From Gaiellaceae bacterium (lineage in GTDB: Bacteria; Actinomycetota; Thermoleophilia; Gaiellales; Gaiellaceae), in NCBI GenBank assembly GCA_035517795.1, contig DATIYE010000010.1, forward strand, positions 1 through 52,414: a stretch of DNA of 52,414 nucleotides. Direction: 5' to 3'. The translations under genes and the position numbers were made by a program. This document shows positions 31,271 through 39,861 of the stretch, piece by piece. How positions within the stretch are numbered: position 1 is the first letter of the stretch; each line of letters starts with the position of its first letter. The notes under the pieces are model-generated. The model had not been told where the DNA came from. It was given only the letters and a program-made list of their open reading frames with translations, and did not search any database.

Positions 31271-32306
31271 CCGTTCCAGGGGTCACCTCCACGACCTGAT
31301 CCGGGTCCGCGGGCAGCGCCGAGCGGTGGGTTGACGTGATCACCGTCTGTCCGAGCCCCGCCACGCTCGAGGCGAGAACCTCACGGCGCCTCGAATCGAG
31401 CTCCGAGAGAACATCATCGAGCAGCAGCACCGGCACCGGGGAGATCAATCTCGCCTCCGCCAGCAGAAGCGCCAGCACGGCCAGCCGCTGCTCGCCCTGC
31501 GACCCGAAGTTGCGAAGCTCGCGGCCGTCCGCGACGATCGACAGGTCGTCGAGGTGCGGGCCGAGCCCGGTCGCACCGCGGGCAAGGTCGGCCTCGAGCC
31601 GCGCCTCGAGCGCTGGAACGTCCGGGGGTGCGCCTTCGTACTCGAGCATGCCGCCCGGGAGTCCGAGCTCGGCGAGAGAGTCGCGGAACCCCGACAGCAG
31701 TGCGGATGCCGTTTCGCGGCGGGCCTCCACCAGCTGCGCGCCGTGCAGGGCCACCCGTTCCGTCCACGGGGCAACGGCCTCCCGCGAACCGAGCCCCAGC
31801 TGCGCCCTGCGCAGTGCGGCGTTGCGCTGCGCGAGCGCCACGGCGTAGTCCTGAGGAACCTCGCTCTGGGCCGGGAACAAACGGGGCACGACCCGATCGA
31901 GGTAGGCGCGCCGGACCGCAGGGCCGCCCTTGACGACGGCGAGGCGGTCGGGCGTGAACACGAGCGCCGGAAACTCGCGCCGCAGCGACTCCGAGGAGGG
32001 CAGCCTCGCTCCGTCGAGCTCCGCGCTCTTTCCGGCGCCGGCCGCGAGCTTCACCCGGACGTCATGCCGGGAACCCGAGCGGTCGATGCGGAGCGCGACC
32101 GAGGCGGCAGTCTCGCCGAGCCTGACCATGCGTCCATCGCTGCGCGTCCGCGGCGAGAACCCCTGTGTCCCGATATGGATCGCTTCGAGGAGGTTCGTCT
32201 TGCCCGCCCCGTTCTCGCCGGTCACGAGGACGATCCCCGCGCTGAGCTCGAGCTCGAGCGACGCGTAGCTGCGGAAGTTCCGGAGCGCGATCGCTTCGAC
32301 AATCAG
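31263..32306 (-). CDS. recF: DNA replication/repair protein RecF (5' end uncertain; no canonical start codon)
   Basis: The ORF track starts at GTG 32225 (VTGENGAGKTN, Walker A). The frame stays open upstream to the dnaN TGA and encodes LIVEAIALRNFRSYASLELELSAGIVL, the conserved RecF N-terminal strand. The C-terminal region has GSQGEQRLAVLALLLAE (signature) and LLLDDVLSELD (Walker B). The start is provisionally set at CTG 32306. Confidence 0.85.
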
Positions 32307-32312
32307 ACTGGT

Positions 32313-33443
32313 TCAGCCCGCGAGGCGGATGGGCATGATCAGGTAGGTGTAATCGGCTGTCTCGCCCTGCAGCACGGCCGGACGAAGTGGGCTGATCAGC
32401 TTCACGCGCACCGTTGACGACTCGATCGACTCCAGACCGTCCCGGAGGAACTCTGCGTTGAAGCCGATCTCCATCGCATCGGCAACCCACGGTGCGGGAA
32501 GCGTTTCGCTCGCCTCGCCCACGTCCTGGGTTCGCGAGGAGACGGTCAGCTCACCCGCTGCGAACCGGAGCCGGATGGGGGAGTTCCGTTGCGCGAGCAG
32601 GCCGATTCGCCTGACGACGTCGAGGAGCTCGTCCCTCGGCAGCTCGAGCTCGTGCTCGAACTGCTCCGGCAGCAGCTGACGGTAATTCGGGAACTGGCCG
32701 TCGATCCTGCGGCTCGTGAGCCAGACACCGTCGGCGCCGAAGACGACGTGGTTCTCCTGCACCGCCAGCTCGACCGTCTCCGAGCCCCCGGCAATGCGGG
32801 TGAGCTCCTGGAGCGCGCGAGCCGGGATGATCGCCTCGAGCTCGGGCAGCGGGCCTGCCACCTCGGTCTCCTTCACCGCGAGGCGATAGGAGTCGGTAGC
32901 CGCCATCACGAGCTTTCCCGGCTCGAAGCGCGCGAGGATCCCGGTGAGAACAGGACGGCTCTCGTCCCGCGACGCCGAGCGGCCGACCCGGGCGACCGTA
33001 CCCAGAAGCGCCTCTGCATCGGCCTGCTGCAGCTCGACGCTCTCGAGCTCAGGCAGGTGTGGAAAATCCTCCGAGGAGTACGTGTGGATGCGATATTTGG
33101 CCGAGCCGCTCGTGATCATCAGCACCGACTCGTCCGCAAGGTGCTCGAGAGCGACATCCGAATCGGGCAGGGCGCGTGCGATGTCGACGAGGAGGCGGCC
33201 GGGAACGACGACCGTTCCAGTACCCGACACGTCGGCGTCGAGCGAGGCTCGGAGCGAAAGCTCCATGTCGGTCGCGGCAAGCTCGAGTGTCCCCTCGGTC
33301 GTGGTCAGGCGCATGCCGCCGAGTACGAGCACCGAAGCTCGAGCCGAGAGGGCGCGTGCGACTACCGAGACGCGCTCGGAGAACGACTCGCGTGGAACAG
33401 ACGTTCTCAACAGTTCCAGGGTCACGGTGTCTGAGTCAATCAT
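32313..33443 (-). CDS. dnaN: DNA polymerase III beta sliding clamp
   Basis: 376-aa ORF with ...LELAATDMELSL...LVMAATDSYRLAV...DGQFPNYRQLLP...IGFNAEFLRDGL...MPIRLAG. Confidence 0.96.
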   Translation of the reverse strand: MIDSDTVTLELLRTSVPRESFSERVSVVARALSARASVLVLGGMRLTTTEGTLELAATDMELSLRASLDADVSGTGTVVVPGRLLVDIARALPDSDVALEHLADESVLMITSGSAKYRIHTYSSEDFPHLPELESVELQQADAEALLGTVARVGRSASRDESRPVLTGILARFEPGKLVMAATDSYRLAVKETEVAGPLPELEAIIPARALQELTRIAGGSETVELAVQENHVVFGADGVWLTSRRIDGQFPNYRQLLPEQFEHELELPRDELLDVVRRIGLLAQRNSPIRLRFAAGELTVSSRTQDVGEASETLPAPWVADAMEIGFNAEFLRDGLESIESSTVRVKLISPLRPAVLQGETADYTYLIMPIRLAG

Positions 33444-33540
33444 GAATTAAAGAAATTCGTAGTAGTGATAGGGGTGGGGAAGAACTGGAAAACACACCGG
33501 ATCGCACTTGTGGTGCGCATTCTCCCTGTGTGGTCGGACG
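33444..33540 (-). other. Candidate oriC unwinding module: AT-rich DUE + DnaA-trio-like repeats + GC cluster + degenerate DnaA boxes (dnaA-dnaN spacer)
   Basis: Read on the minus strand: CCACA-containing degenerate boxes (33508..33534), GC cluster CCCCACCCC (33479..33471), CTA TCA CTA CTA (33471..33460, so the complementary strand is 3'-GAT AGT GAT GAT-5'), then the AT-rich cgaatttctttaattc (33459..33444) abutting the dnaN ATG. Confidence 0.5.
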
Positions 33541-33575
33541 GGGGAGAGATGGCCCGCAGGAACACGTCGGGCTCC

Positions 33576-34910
33576 TCATCGGGCCTGCTTGACTCGGGCT
33601 GTGAGCTCCTGGACGAGGTTGTACACAGACCTGTCCTCACGGATCATGCGCGCGATCTTGGATGTTGCATGGATGACCGTTGTGTGGTCGCGGCCGCCGA
33701 AGTGCTTGCCGATCTTTGGTAGTGACGAGTCGGTGAGCTCGCGTGAGAGGTACATCGCCACCTGGCGCGGGTAGACGATGCTCTGCGAGCGGCGCTCGCT
33801 CTTCAGCTCGCCCAGGGTGACGCCGAAGCGATCACAGACGAGCTCCTGGATCCGCTCGATCGAGACGACGGCCGGCTCGCCGTGGGGGAACACGTCGCGG
33901 AGGACGTCCTGGGCGAGCTCGACATCCATGCGGCGCCCGGTGAGCGACGCGAAGGCGACGACACGCGTGAGTGCACCCTCGAGCTCACGGATGTTCGTCG
34001 TGACCCGCCCGGCAATGTGGGTGAGAACCTCGGGATCGCTGACGTCGATGCCGTCGTACTTCACCTTGCGGCGGAGGATGGCGATCCGTGTCTCCAGATC
34101 GGGAGGCTGGATGTCGGTGATGAGACCCCACTCGAATCGTGAGCGGAGGCGATCCTCGAGCGTCTGGATGTCGCGCGGGGGTCGATCCGAGCTCATGACG
34201 ATCTGCCGCCCGGCCTCGTGCAGCGAGTTGAAAGTGTGGAAGAATTCCTCCTGGATCCGCTCCTTGTGCTCGAAGAACTGGACGTCATCGATCAGAAGCA
34301 CGTCGTAGGCCCGGTACCGCTGCTTGAAGCCTTCGATCCGTTTGTCCCGGAGCGAGTTGATGAAGTCATTCATGAACGTCTCCGAGGTGACGTAGCGGAC
34401 CCCGAGCGACGAGGAATGAAGGGCAACGTAGTTGGCGATCGCGTGGAGGAGGTGGGTCTTACCGAGGCCGGTGTGGCCGTAGATGAAGAGCGGGTTGTAC
34501 GCCTGCGCCGGGGCCTCGGCGATCGCCAGGGCGGCTGCATGGGCGAAGCGGTTCGACGACCCGATCACGAACGAATCGAATGTGTACTTCGGGTTGATCG
34601 CGAATCCGTCCGGCCGCGGCATCACCGGTGGTGCCGCGGCAGAAGCCTCCGGCTTGACGACGAGCTCGAGCCTGCGCTCGCTGCCCGCGGCGTCGGTGAC
34701 GCCGGCGCTGACGAGGTGGGCGAAGCGCCGCTCGATCTGCTCTCGCGTCAGATCGGTGGGAACGGCCAGCACGAACGTCTCGTCGTCGAGTCTTACCGCC
34801 GAGACCTCCCCGAACCAGTTACGGAAGGTCTTCTCGTTCAGAGTGCCCCGCAAACGGGCCGACACGTCGCTCCAGAGGGTCTCAGCAGTCAGCTCGTTCG
34901 AGTGCTCCAC
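33576..34910 (-). CDS. dnaA: Chromosomal replication initiator DnaA
   Basis: ORF 33576..34997. GTG at 34910 lies 9 nt after AAGGAG and gives VEHSNELTAETLWSDV... AAA+ motifs are YNPLFIYGHTGLGKTHLL and LLIDDVQF. Domain IV has RQVAMYLSRELTDSSLPKIGKHFGGRDHTTVIHA. The alternative TTG at 34997 would add 29 aa. Confidence 0.96.
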   Translation of the reverse strand: MEHSNELTAETLWSDVSARLRGTLNEKTFRNWFGEVSAVRLDDETFVLAVPTDLTREQIERRFAHLVSAGVTDAAGSERRLELVVKPEASAAAPPVMPRPDGFAINPKYTFDSFVIGSSNRFAHAAALAIAEAPAQAYNPLFIYGHTGLGKTHLLHAIANYVALHSSSLGVRYVTSETFMNDFINSLRDKRIEGFKQRYRAYDVLLIDDVQFFEHKERIQEEFFHTFNSLHEAGRQIVMSSDRPPRDIQTLEDRLRSRFEWGLITDIQPPDLETRIAILRRKVKYDGIDVSDPEVLTHIAGRVTTNIRELEGALTRVVAFASLTGRRMDVELAQDVLRDVFPHGEPAVVSIERIQELVCDRFGVTLGELKSERRSQSIVYPRQVAMYLSRELTDSSLPKIGKHFGGRDHTTVIHATSKIARMIREDRSVYNLVQELTARVKQAR

Positions 34911-35036
34911 GCGACCAGCGCGCTCCTTCGGTTGGTTCGGGCGGCGGCGAGGATAGCACCGCCCGACAACCGGGACACTGAGGATTTCGGCCTCCAACGC
35001 GAGCGTAAATTACGCCGTTTTGCAGGGAACTTCTCT

Positions 35037-35134
35037 CTCTCCACATCGCTCTCCACAGGTGTGGACACCGCCAAGCCTCGAAGGGGTTCTCACGCACTTT
35101 CCACGAGTTTCCGCCCGCGGACCCCTGTGGACAA
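35037..35134. other. oriC DnaA-box cluster between rpmH and dnaA
   Basis: Five boxes matching TT(A/G)TCCACA in both orientations: CTCTCCACA 35037..35045; CTCTCCACA 35049..35057; TGTGGACAC 35060..35068 (rc GTGTCCACA); CTTTCCACG 35097..35105; TGTGGACAA 35126..35134 (rc TTGTCCACA, a perfect high-GC consensus match). Confidence 0.75.
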
Positions 35135-35211
35135 CCGGAGAGGAGGTCGATGCGACTATACTGGCCGCTCGGCTAGGCCCCTGGACTCCTCCAGGCGCCG
35201 GTCATCGAGCG

Positions 35212-35346
35212 ATGAAGCGCACTTATCAGCCAAACGTTCGCCGGCGGAAGCGCAAGCACGGCTTCCGGGCGCGGATGTCGACTCGCGCCGGGCGCGCCAT
35301 CCTCAAGCGCCGCCGCGCAAAGGGCCGCAAGCGCCTCTCGGCGTAG
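35212..35346 (+). CDS. rpmH: 50S ribosomal protein L34
   Basis: Internal ATG of ORF 35020..35346 gives [44 protein letters not shown], the near-invariant L34 sequence. Confidence 0.97.
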   Translation: MKRTYQPNVRRRKRKHGFRARMSTRAGRAILKRRRAKGRKRLSA

Positions 35347-35347
35347 C

Positions 35348-35701
35348 GTGCAGCGCAAGAATCGCCTTTCGCGGTCCCGTGACTTCGATGCCGTGTACCG
35401 CCACGGTCGCTCCGTCTCGACTCGCTTTCTGACGCTTTACTGGTTCGACCGGGACGAGGCCGCAGGCGAGCCGAGGCTCGGCCTGGCCGTGCCTAGGGCT
35501 GCCGGATCGAGCGTCGTCCGCAACCGGATCAAGCGGCAGCTTCGGGAGATCTGGCGGGCTCGCCTCGAAGGCGAGGCGCTCCCCTCTACGAGCGACTACG
35601 TCCTCGTCGTCCGGCCGGGGTTGCCGGAGGCCGCGGAGGCCCGCGGTCACGACTGGCTCGCCGAGCGGGTCGACGAGGTGCTCGAGAAGGTGGCAGCATG
35701 A
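35348..35701 (+). CDS. rnpA: Ribonuclease P protein component
   Basis: 117-aa ORF with a GTG start 2 nt after the rpmH stop. It carries the RNR motif region SVVRNRIKRQLRE. Confidence 0.92.
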   Translation: MQRKNRLSRSRDFDAVYRHGRSVSTRFLTLYWFDRDEAAGEPRLGLAVPRAAGSSVVRNRIKRQLREIWRARLEGEALPSTSDYVLVVRPGLPEAAEARGHDWLAERVDEVLEKVAA

Positions 35702-35931
35702 CGGCGCGACTCCGTGCCGCGCCGGCGTGGATCGGGATCGTGATCGTGTACGCCTACCGCTGGACGTTCGGACTGCTCGTGCCTGCCGGCACCTGCAAGT
35801 ACCACCCGAGCTGCTCGGAGTACGCGCTCGGCGCGCTGCGCAAGCACGGCCTGCTGAAAGGGTCGGCGCTCTCTGCCTGGCGCCTGCTCCGTTGCAACCC
35901 ATGGTCGCACGGCGGGGTCGACTACCCGTAG
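35698..35931 (+). CDS. yidD: Membrane protein insertion efficiency factor YidD
   Basis: 77-aa ORF with YRWTFGLLVPAGTCKYHPSCSEYALGALRKHG...RCNPWSHGGVDYP. ATGA overlap with rnpA. Confidence 0.93.
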   Translation: MTARLRAAPAWIGIVIVYAYRWTFGLLVPAGTCKYHPSCSEYALGALRKHGLLKGSALSAWRLLRCNPWSHGGVDYP

Positions 35932-35935
35932 CCCG

Positions 35936-36787
35936 ATGAGCGCCGCAGTCCTCGTCTTCAGCATCCTCGCGCCGCTCGAGAACGCCGTGCGGTGGGTGCT
36001 CGAGCGGTTCCATTACGACGTCGGCGTGACATGGGCCTGGGCGATCGTCGGCACGACGATCGTCGTCCGGATCCTGCTCGTCCCGCTCACCGTCAGGCAG
36101 ATCCACTCGATGCAGTCGCTGCAGCGCCACGCGCCCGAGATGAAGGAGATCCAGCGTAAGTACAAGGGCGACCGGCAGAAGATGAACGAAGAAATGATGA
36201 AGTTCTATAAGGAAAATCACATCAATCCGGCAGCTTCCTGCCTGCCGCTGCTCGCGCAGGCGCCGGTCTTCATCTCCCTCTACCTCGTGCTCAAGAACTT
36301 TTCCAAGCACGTGCCGCCGGGCTCTGACCTCTCGTGGCTCTACTTCGTCCCGAACATCACCGCGAAAGTGGACTCGCACTGGTCAGGGTACGTTCTCCTC
36401 GCCGTCTATGCGCTGAGCCAGATCTTCTCGACCTACTTCATGTCCCAGGCGATGGACAAGACGCAGCGGCGGCTGATGATGGTCCTGCCGCTCGTCTTCA
36501 TCACGGTGATCGCCCACTTCAAGGTCGGCCTGCTGATCTACTGGGTGACGACCAACCTGTGGACGGTCGGCCAGGGGCTCGTCACGAGACGGCTCGTCCC
36601 GAGGACAGCGCCCGCGGCCTCGACGAGCACGAAGAAATCCTCGAGGACGCCGCCGTCCAACGACGGCAGCGGGGGTAACGGAGCGAAGACCGTCGAGGCG
36701 CCTCCAGCCCCCCCGCCCAAGCCTCGGCCTGCCTCGACGCAGCCTCGCCGCGTCAAGCGGAACAGGGGCGGAGGCCGCCGCCGGTGA
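35936..36787 (+). CDS. yidC: YidC/Oxa1-family membrane protein insertase (short form)
   Basis: 283-aa ORF with LLVPLTVRQIHSMQSLQRHAPEMKEIQRKYKGDRQKMNEEMMKFYKENHINPAASCLPLLAQAPVF and a basic, Pro-rich C-terminal tail. Confidence 0.93.
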   Translation: MSAAVLVFSILAPLENAVRWVLERFHYDVGVTWAWAIVGTTIVVRILLVPLTVRQIHSMQSLQRHAPEMKEIQRKYKGDRQKMNEEMMKFYKENHINPAASCLPLLAQAPVFISLYLVLKNFSKHVPPGSDLSWLYFVPNITAKVDSHWSGYVLLAVYALSQIFSTYFMSQAMDKTQRRLMMVLPLVFITVIAHFKVGLLIYWVTTNLWTVGQGLVTRRLVPRTAPAASTSTKKSSRTPPSNDGSGGNGAKTVEAPPAPPPKPRPASTQPRRVKRNRGGGRRR

Positions 36788-37464
36788 GCGCCGAGCGCAC
36801 GGTCGAGGCGACGGGCGAGACCGTCGGCGAGGCGAAGTGGCGGGCGCTCCGGGAGCTCGAGCTGCTCGTGCCGACGCTCGACAAGGCGGCGGTTCGCTTC
36901 CAGGTTCTGTCCGAAGGCGAGCGCGGGCTGCTCGGAGTGGGCTACACACCGGCGCGGGTCGTGGCGACCGCCGGCACCGACGGGCAGGCCGGGCCGCCCG
37001 AGGAGATCGACGAGAGTGACGAGGCCCGCCGGCTGCGGGATCTGCTCGAGCACGTGGCAGCTGCCGTCGGCGTCAGATGCAGGATCGAGATCACCGAGTC
37101 CGGGGCGACCCTCGAGGCGACTTGCTTCGGTGACGAGCTCGGCCTGCTGATCGGCCGGCACGGACAGACCATCGACGCGATCCAGACGCTTGCGTCCGCC
37201 ATCGTCGGCGGCCCGTCCGAGGAGCGGCGGACCGTCGTCGTCGACGCGGCTGGCTACCGCGGCCGTCGGCGCCGGACGCTCGAGTCGCTTGCCCTGCGTA
37301 GCGCGGAAGAGGCCGTCCGGACAGGCGCCAGGGTCGAGCTGGAGCCGATGAGCGCCGCCGAGAGGAAGATCGTGCACACGACGTTGCAGGAGCACGAGGG
37401 CGTGACGACGGCGAGCGACGGCGACGAGCCGAACCGCCGGGTCGTCGTCGAACCCGCGCAGTAG
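36784..37464 (+). CDS. jag: Jag/KhpB-type RNA-binding protein (Jag_N, KH, R3H)
   Basis: 226-aa ORF with GLLIGRHGQTIDAIQ (KH) and MSAAERKIVHTTLQEHEGVTTASDGDEPNRRVVV (R3H). GTGA overlap with yidC. Confidence 0.9.
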   Translation: MSAERTVEATGETVGEAKWRALRELELLVPTLDKAAVRFQVLSEGERGLLGVGYTPARVVATAGTDGQAGPPEEIDESDEARRLRDLLEHVAAAVGVRCRIEITESGATLEATCFGDELGLLIGRHGQTIDAIQTLASAIVGGPSEERRTVVVDAAGYRGRRRRTLESLALRSAEEAVRTGARVELEPMSAAERKIVHTTLQEHEGVTTASDGDEPNRRVVVEPAQ

Positions 37465-37468
37465 TCCG

Positions 37469-38044
37469 GTGGATCGGGTCGAGGCCTGGCTTCGGGGCGT
37501 CGTCGAGACACCCGGACTGACCTCTCTCGAGCTCGCAGCTGCCCGTGCGGTTCTCGTCGACGACGCGCTTCGTGCCGTACCGCTGCTCGAGCGGTACGAA
37601 GGGGTCGTCGTCGACGTCGGGTCCGGGAACGGCTCGCCCGGGATCCCACTTGCGCTCCGGCTGCCCGGCCGCCAGATCGAGCTGCTCGAAGCCGAGCGCC
37701 GGCGGTGCGAGTTCCTGCGGCGCTGGGCTCCCCCCAACGCGACGGTCGTCCGCGGTCGTGCAGAGGAGCAATCGGTCGACCGAGTGGGTGTCGCGCTCGC
37801 GAAAGCGCTCGCCCCTCCCCCCGTCGCGGCCGAGTGGTGCCTTCCGCTCGTGCGTCCCGGCGGTGCTGCGATCCTGTGGGTCGGTGAGAGCGCCGACCTC
37901 GAGCGGCTGGCCAGAGCCGCCGGGCAGGTCGCAGGCCGGATCGCCGACGTTGCCGGAGGGGTCGTCGTGATCGAGAAGACCGGCGCGACGCCGGCCGGGT
38001 TCCCGAGACGCGTCGGTGTCGCGAGGAAGCGCCCGCTCGCATAG
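37469..38044 (+). CDS. rsmG: 16S rRNA (guanine527-N7)-methyltransferase
   Basis: 191-aa ORF with the SAM motif VVDVGSGNGSPGIPLAL, in the conserved position before parA. Confidence 0.88.
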   Translation: MDRVEAWLRGVVETPGLTSLELAAARAVLVDDALRAVPLLERYEGVVVDVGSGNGSPGIPLALRLPGRQIELLEAERRRCEFLRRWAPPNATVVRGRAEEQSVDRVGVALAKALAPPPVAAEWCLPLVRPGGAAILWVGESADLERLARAAGQVAGRIADVAGGVVVIEKTGATPAGFPRRVGVARKRPLA

Positions 38045-38080
38045 ATCGGGGCCGTCCGCGGCGAGCACTACCCTGGCGGC

Positions 38081-38833
38081 GTGCCCGGCCGGATCTACGC
38101 GTTCGCCAACCAGAAGGGCGGAGTCGGCAAGACGACGACGACCGTGAACCTCGCCGCCTGCCTCGCCGAGGCGGGTGAGCGGGCGCTCGTCATCGACCTC
38201 GACCCGCAGGCGAACGCGACCTCCGGCCTCGGCATGAAGTCGAACGGAACGTCGAGCTACGACCTGCTCGACGGCGCCCCGATCGGTGAGCTCGCGAAGC
38301 CGACGGCGTTCCCGAACCTGTTCCTGATCCCCTCCAAGCCCGAGCTCGCCGGTGCGGCGGTCGAGCTCTCCCGGCGCTCCGACGGCGACGCATATCTGGC
38401 GGAGTCGCTTGCCTCTGCCGTTGATTTCGCATTCGTGCTGCTCGACTGCCCGCCGTCGCTCGGTCCGTTGACGGTGAACGCGCTCGCTGCGGCCGACCGG
38501 GTGATCGTGCCCGTGCAGGCCGAGTACTACGCGCTCGAGGGGCTCGCTCAGCTGATGCGCTCGATCAACCTCATCAAGGCCCGCCTCAACGCGAGGCTCG
38601 CTCTCGGCGGCGTCCTGATCACGATGAGCGACACCCGGACGCGGCTTGCCACCGAGATCGAGCGTGAGGTGCGCAGGCACTTCGGGAACCTCGTCTTCGA
38701 GACGGTCGTCCCGCGCTCGGTCCGCGTGGCCGAGGCGCCGAGCCACGGACTCCCGATCACCAGCTACGACCGGCGTTCACGCGGCGCCGAGGCCTACTGG
38801 AAGGTGGCGATGGAGCTTGTCGAACGCAGCTGA
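38081..38833 (+). CDS. parA: Chromosome partitioning ATPase ParA/Soj
   Basis: 250-aa ORF with the deviant Walker A FANQKGGVGKTTTTVNLA, then LVIDLDPQANAT and VLLDCPPSLG. Confidence 0.95.
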   Translation: MPGRIYAFANQKGGVGKTTTTVNLAACLAEAGERALVIDLDPQANATSGLGMKSNGTSSYDLLDGAPIGELAKPTAFPNLFLIPSKPELAGAAVELSRRSDGDAYLAESLASAVDFAFVLLDCPPSLGPLTVNALAAADRVIVPVQAEYYALEGLAQLMRSINLIKARLNARLALGGVLITMSDTRTRLATEIEREVRRHFGNLVFETVVPRSVRVAEAPSHGLPITSYDRRSRGAEAYWKVAMELVERS

Positions 38834-39668
38834 GAACGTCCCGCGCCGCGGCCTCGGTCGCGGCTTCGAGGTTCTGATCGGTGGGGCCTCGGGCGTCGAG
38901 CTCGCCCACGTCCCGCTCGAGCAGATTCACCCGAACCCGCGCCAGCCGCGGCGGCGCTTCGACCACGAGGCGACGGCGGGCCTCGCCGACTCGATCCGCC
39001 ACGAGGGCGTCGTCCAGCCGGTCGTCCTCCGGCCCCGACTCGCCGGCGGCTACGAGCTGGTCGCGGGAGAGCGGCGCTGGCGTGCGGCCCGCGAGGCCGG
39101 AGTCCCGACGCTGCCGGCGGTGATCCGCGAAGCAGATGACCGTGAGACGCTGCTGCTCGGCCTCGTCGAGAACGTCGCGCGCGAGGACCTCTCGCCGGTC
39201 GAGGAGGCGCGCGGCTATGCGCTCCTGATGGACGAGTTCGAGCTCTCTCTCGGGGACGTGTCGGAGCGGGTGGGCCGCTCGAAGCCCGCGATCTCGAACA
39301 AGCTCAGGCTGCTCGAGCTCTCCGACGACGTCCTCGCCATGGTCGAGCGTGGAGAGCTGACGGAGGGGCACGCCCGGGCAGTGCTGGCCGTTCCCGATCC
39401 TGTCGAGCGGCGCAGGTTCGCACGGAGGATCGTCGCCCAGGGAATGTCCGTGCGGGCGGCGGAGCGGGCGGCACGCTGGTCCGGAGCCCGGACGAAGCCG
39501 CGCACGAAGACGCCCGTGGACCCGGTGCTGGCCGGCCGCGTCAAGCGCGGTCTCGGCCGCCTCACCGCGCTCGACGTTCGCGTCGCTCCCGGCCGAGTGG
39601 AGATCGCCTTCGACGACGAGCACGACCTGGAAGGACTCGCCGAGGCGCTGGAGCGCCTCTCGGAGTAA
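38817..39668 (+). CDS. parB: Chromosome partitioning protein ParB/Spo0J
   Basis: Within ORF 38646..39668, TTG at 38817 follows GGAAGGTGG and overlaps the parA 3' end by 17 nt. It encodes RGLGRGFEVL...IHPNPRQPRRRFD...ELVAGERRWRAA (ParB box)...VENVAREDLSPVEEA...HTH GDVSERVGRSKPAISNKLRLL. Confidence 0.92.
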   Translation: MSNAAENVPRRGLGRGFEVLIGGASGVELAHVPLEQIHPNPRQPRRRFDHEATAGLADSIRHEGVVQPVVLRPRLAGGYELVAGERRWRAAREAGVPTLPAVIREADDRETLLLGLVENVAREDLSPVEEARGYALLMDEFELSLGDVSERVGRSKPAISNKLRLLELSDDVLAMVERGELTEGHARAVLAVPDPVERRRFARRIVAQGMSVRAAERAARWSGARTKPRTKTPVDPVLAGRVKRGLGRLTALDVRVAPGRVEIAFDDEHDLEGLAEALERLSE

Positions 39669-39727
39669 CACCGCCCCGGTGATCCCGGGCCGAATCAGAG
39701 CGACCCCGGCTTTCCAGGCGCGGGAAC

Positions 39728-39801
39728 ATGGGCGATCCTGGATTCGAACCAGGGGCCTCCGCCTTATCAGAGCGGCGCTCTAACCGACTGAGCTAATCGC
39801 C
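39728..39801 (-). tRNA. tRNA-Ile (anticodon GAU); 3' CCA not encoded
   Basis: The minus strand reads GGGCGAT-TA-GCTC-AGTCGGTTA-GAGC-G-CCGCT-CTGATAA-GGCGG-AGGCC-CCTGG-TTCGAAT-CCAGG-ATCGCCC-A. This folds as a full cloverleaf with a 7-bp acceptor stem, a TTCGAAT T-loop and anticodon GAT. The discriminator A is followed by TGT, not CCA. Confidence 0.93.
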
Positions 39802-39861
39802 CGCGCCGGGGCAGTGTAGCCACGGTCTGAGCGTCCAAAGCGCGGGTAAGCTAGGAGAGCG

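Noticed and set aside
35150-35176. 8-codon mini-ORF (MRLYWPLG*) preceded by a very strong SD (GGAGAGGAGG), inside the rpmH-dnaA origin region. A TATACT hexamer lies at 35157..35162.
   Set aside because: It is too short to evaluate and it overlaps the DnaA-box/promoter region. The purine-rich run may just be promoter or origin sequence. I found no matching -35 at proper spacing for TATACT. It is only worth checking if Ribo-seq data exist.
37091-38746. 551-aa minus-strand ORF antisense to jag, rsmG and parA. Also the 640-aa + ORF at 13536..15458 antisense to ligD, and the 651-aa +3 frame ORF at 10482..12437 inside mrfA.
   Set aside because: They sit in shadow frames of strongly supported genes, their translations are Arg-rich nonsense, and no independent start or SD signals are present.
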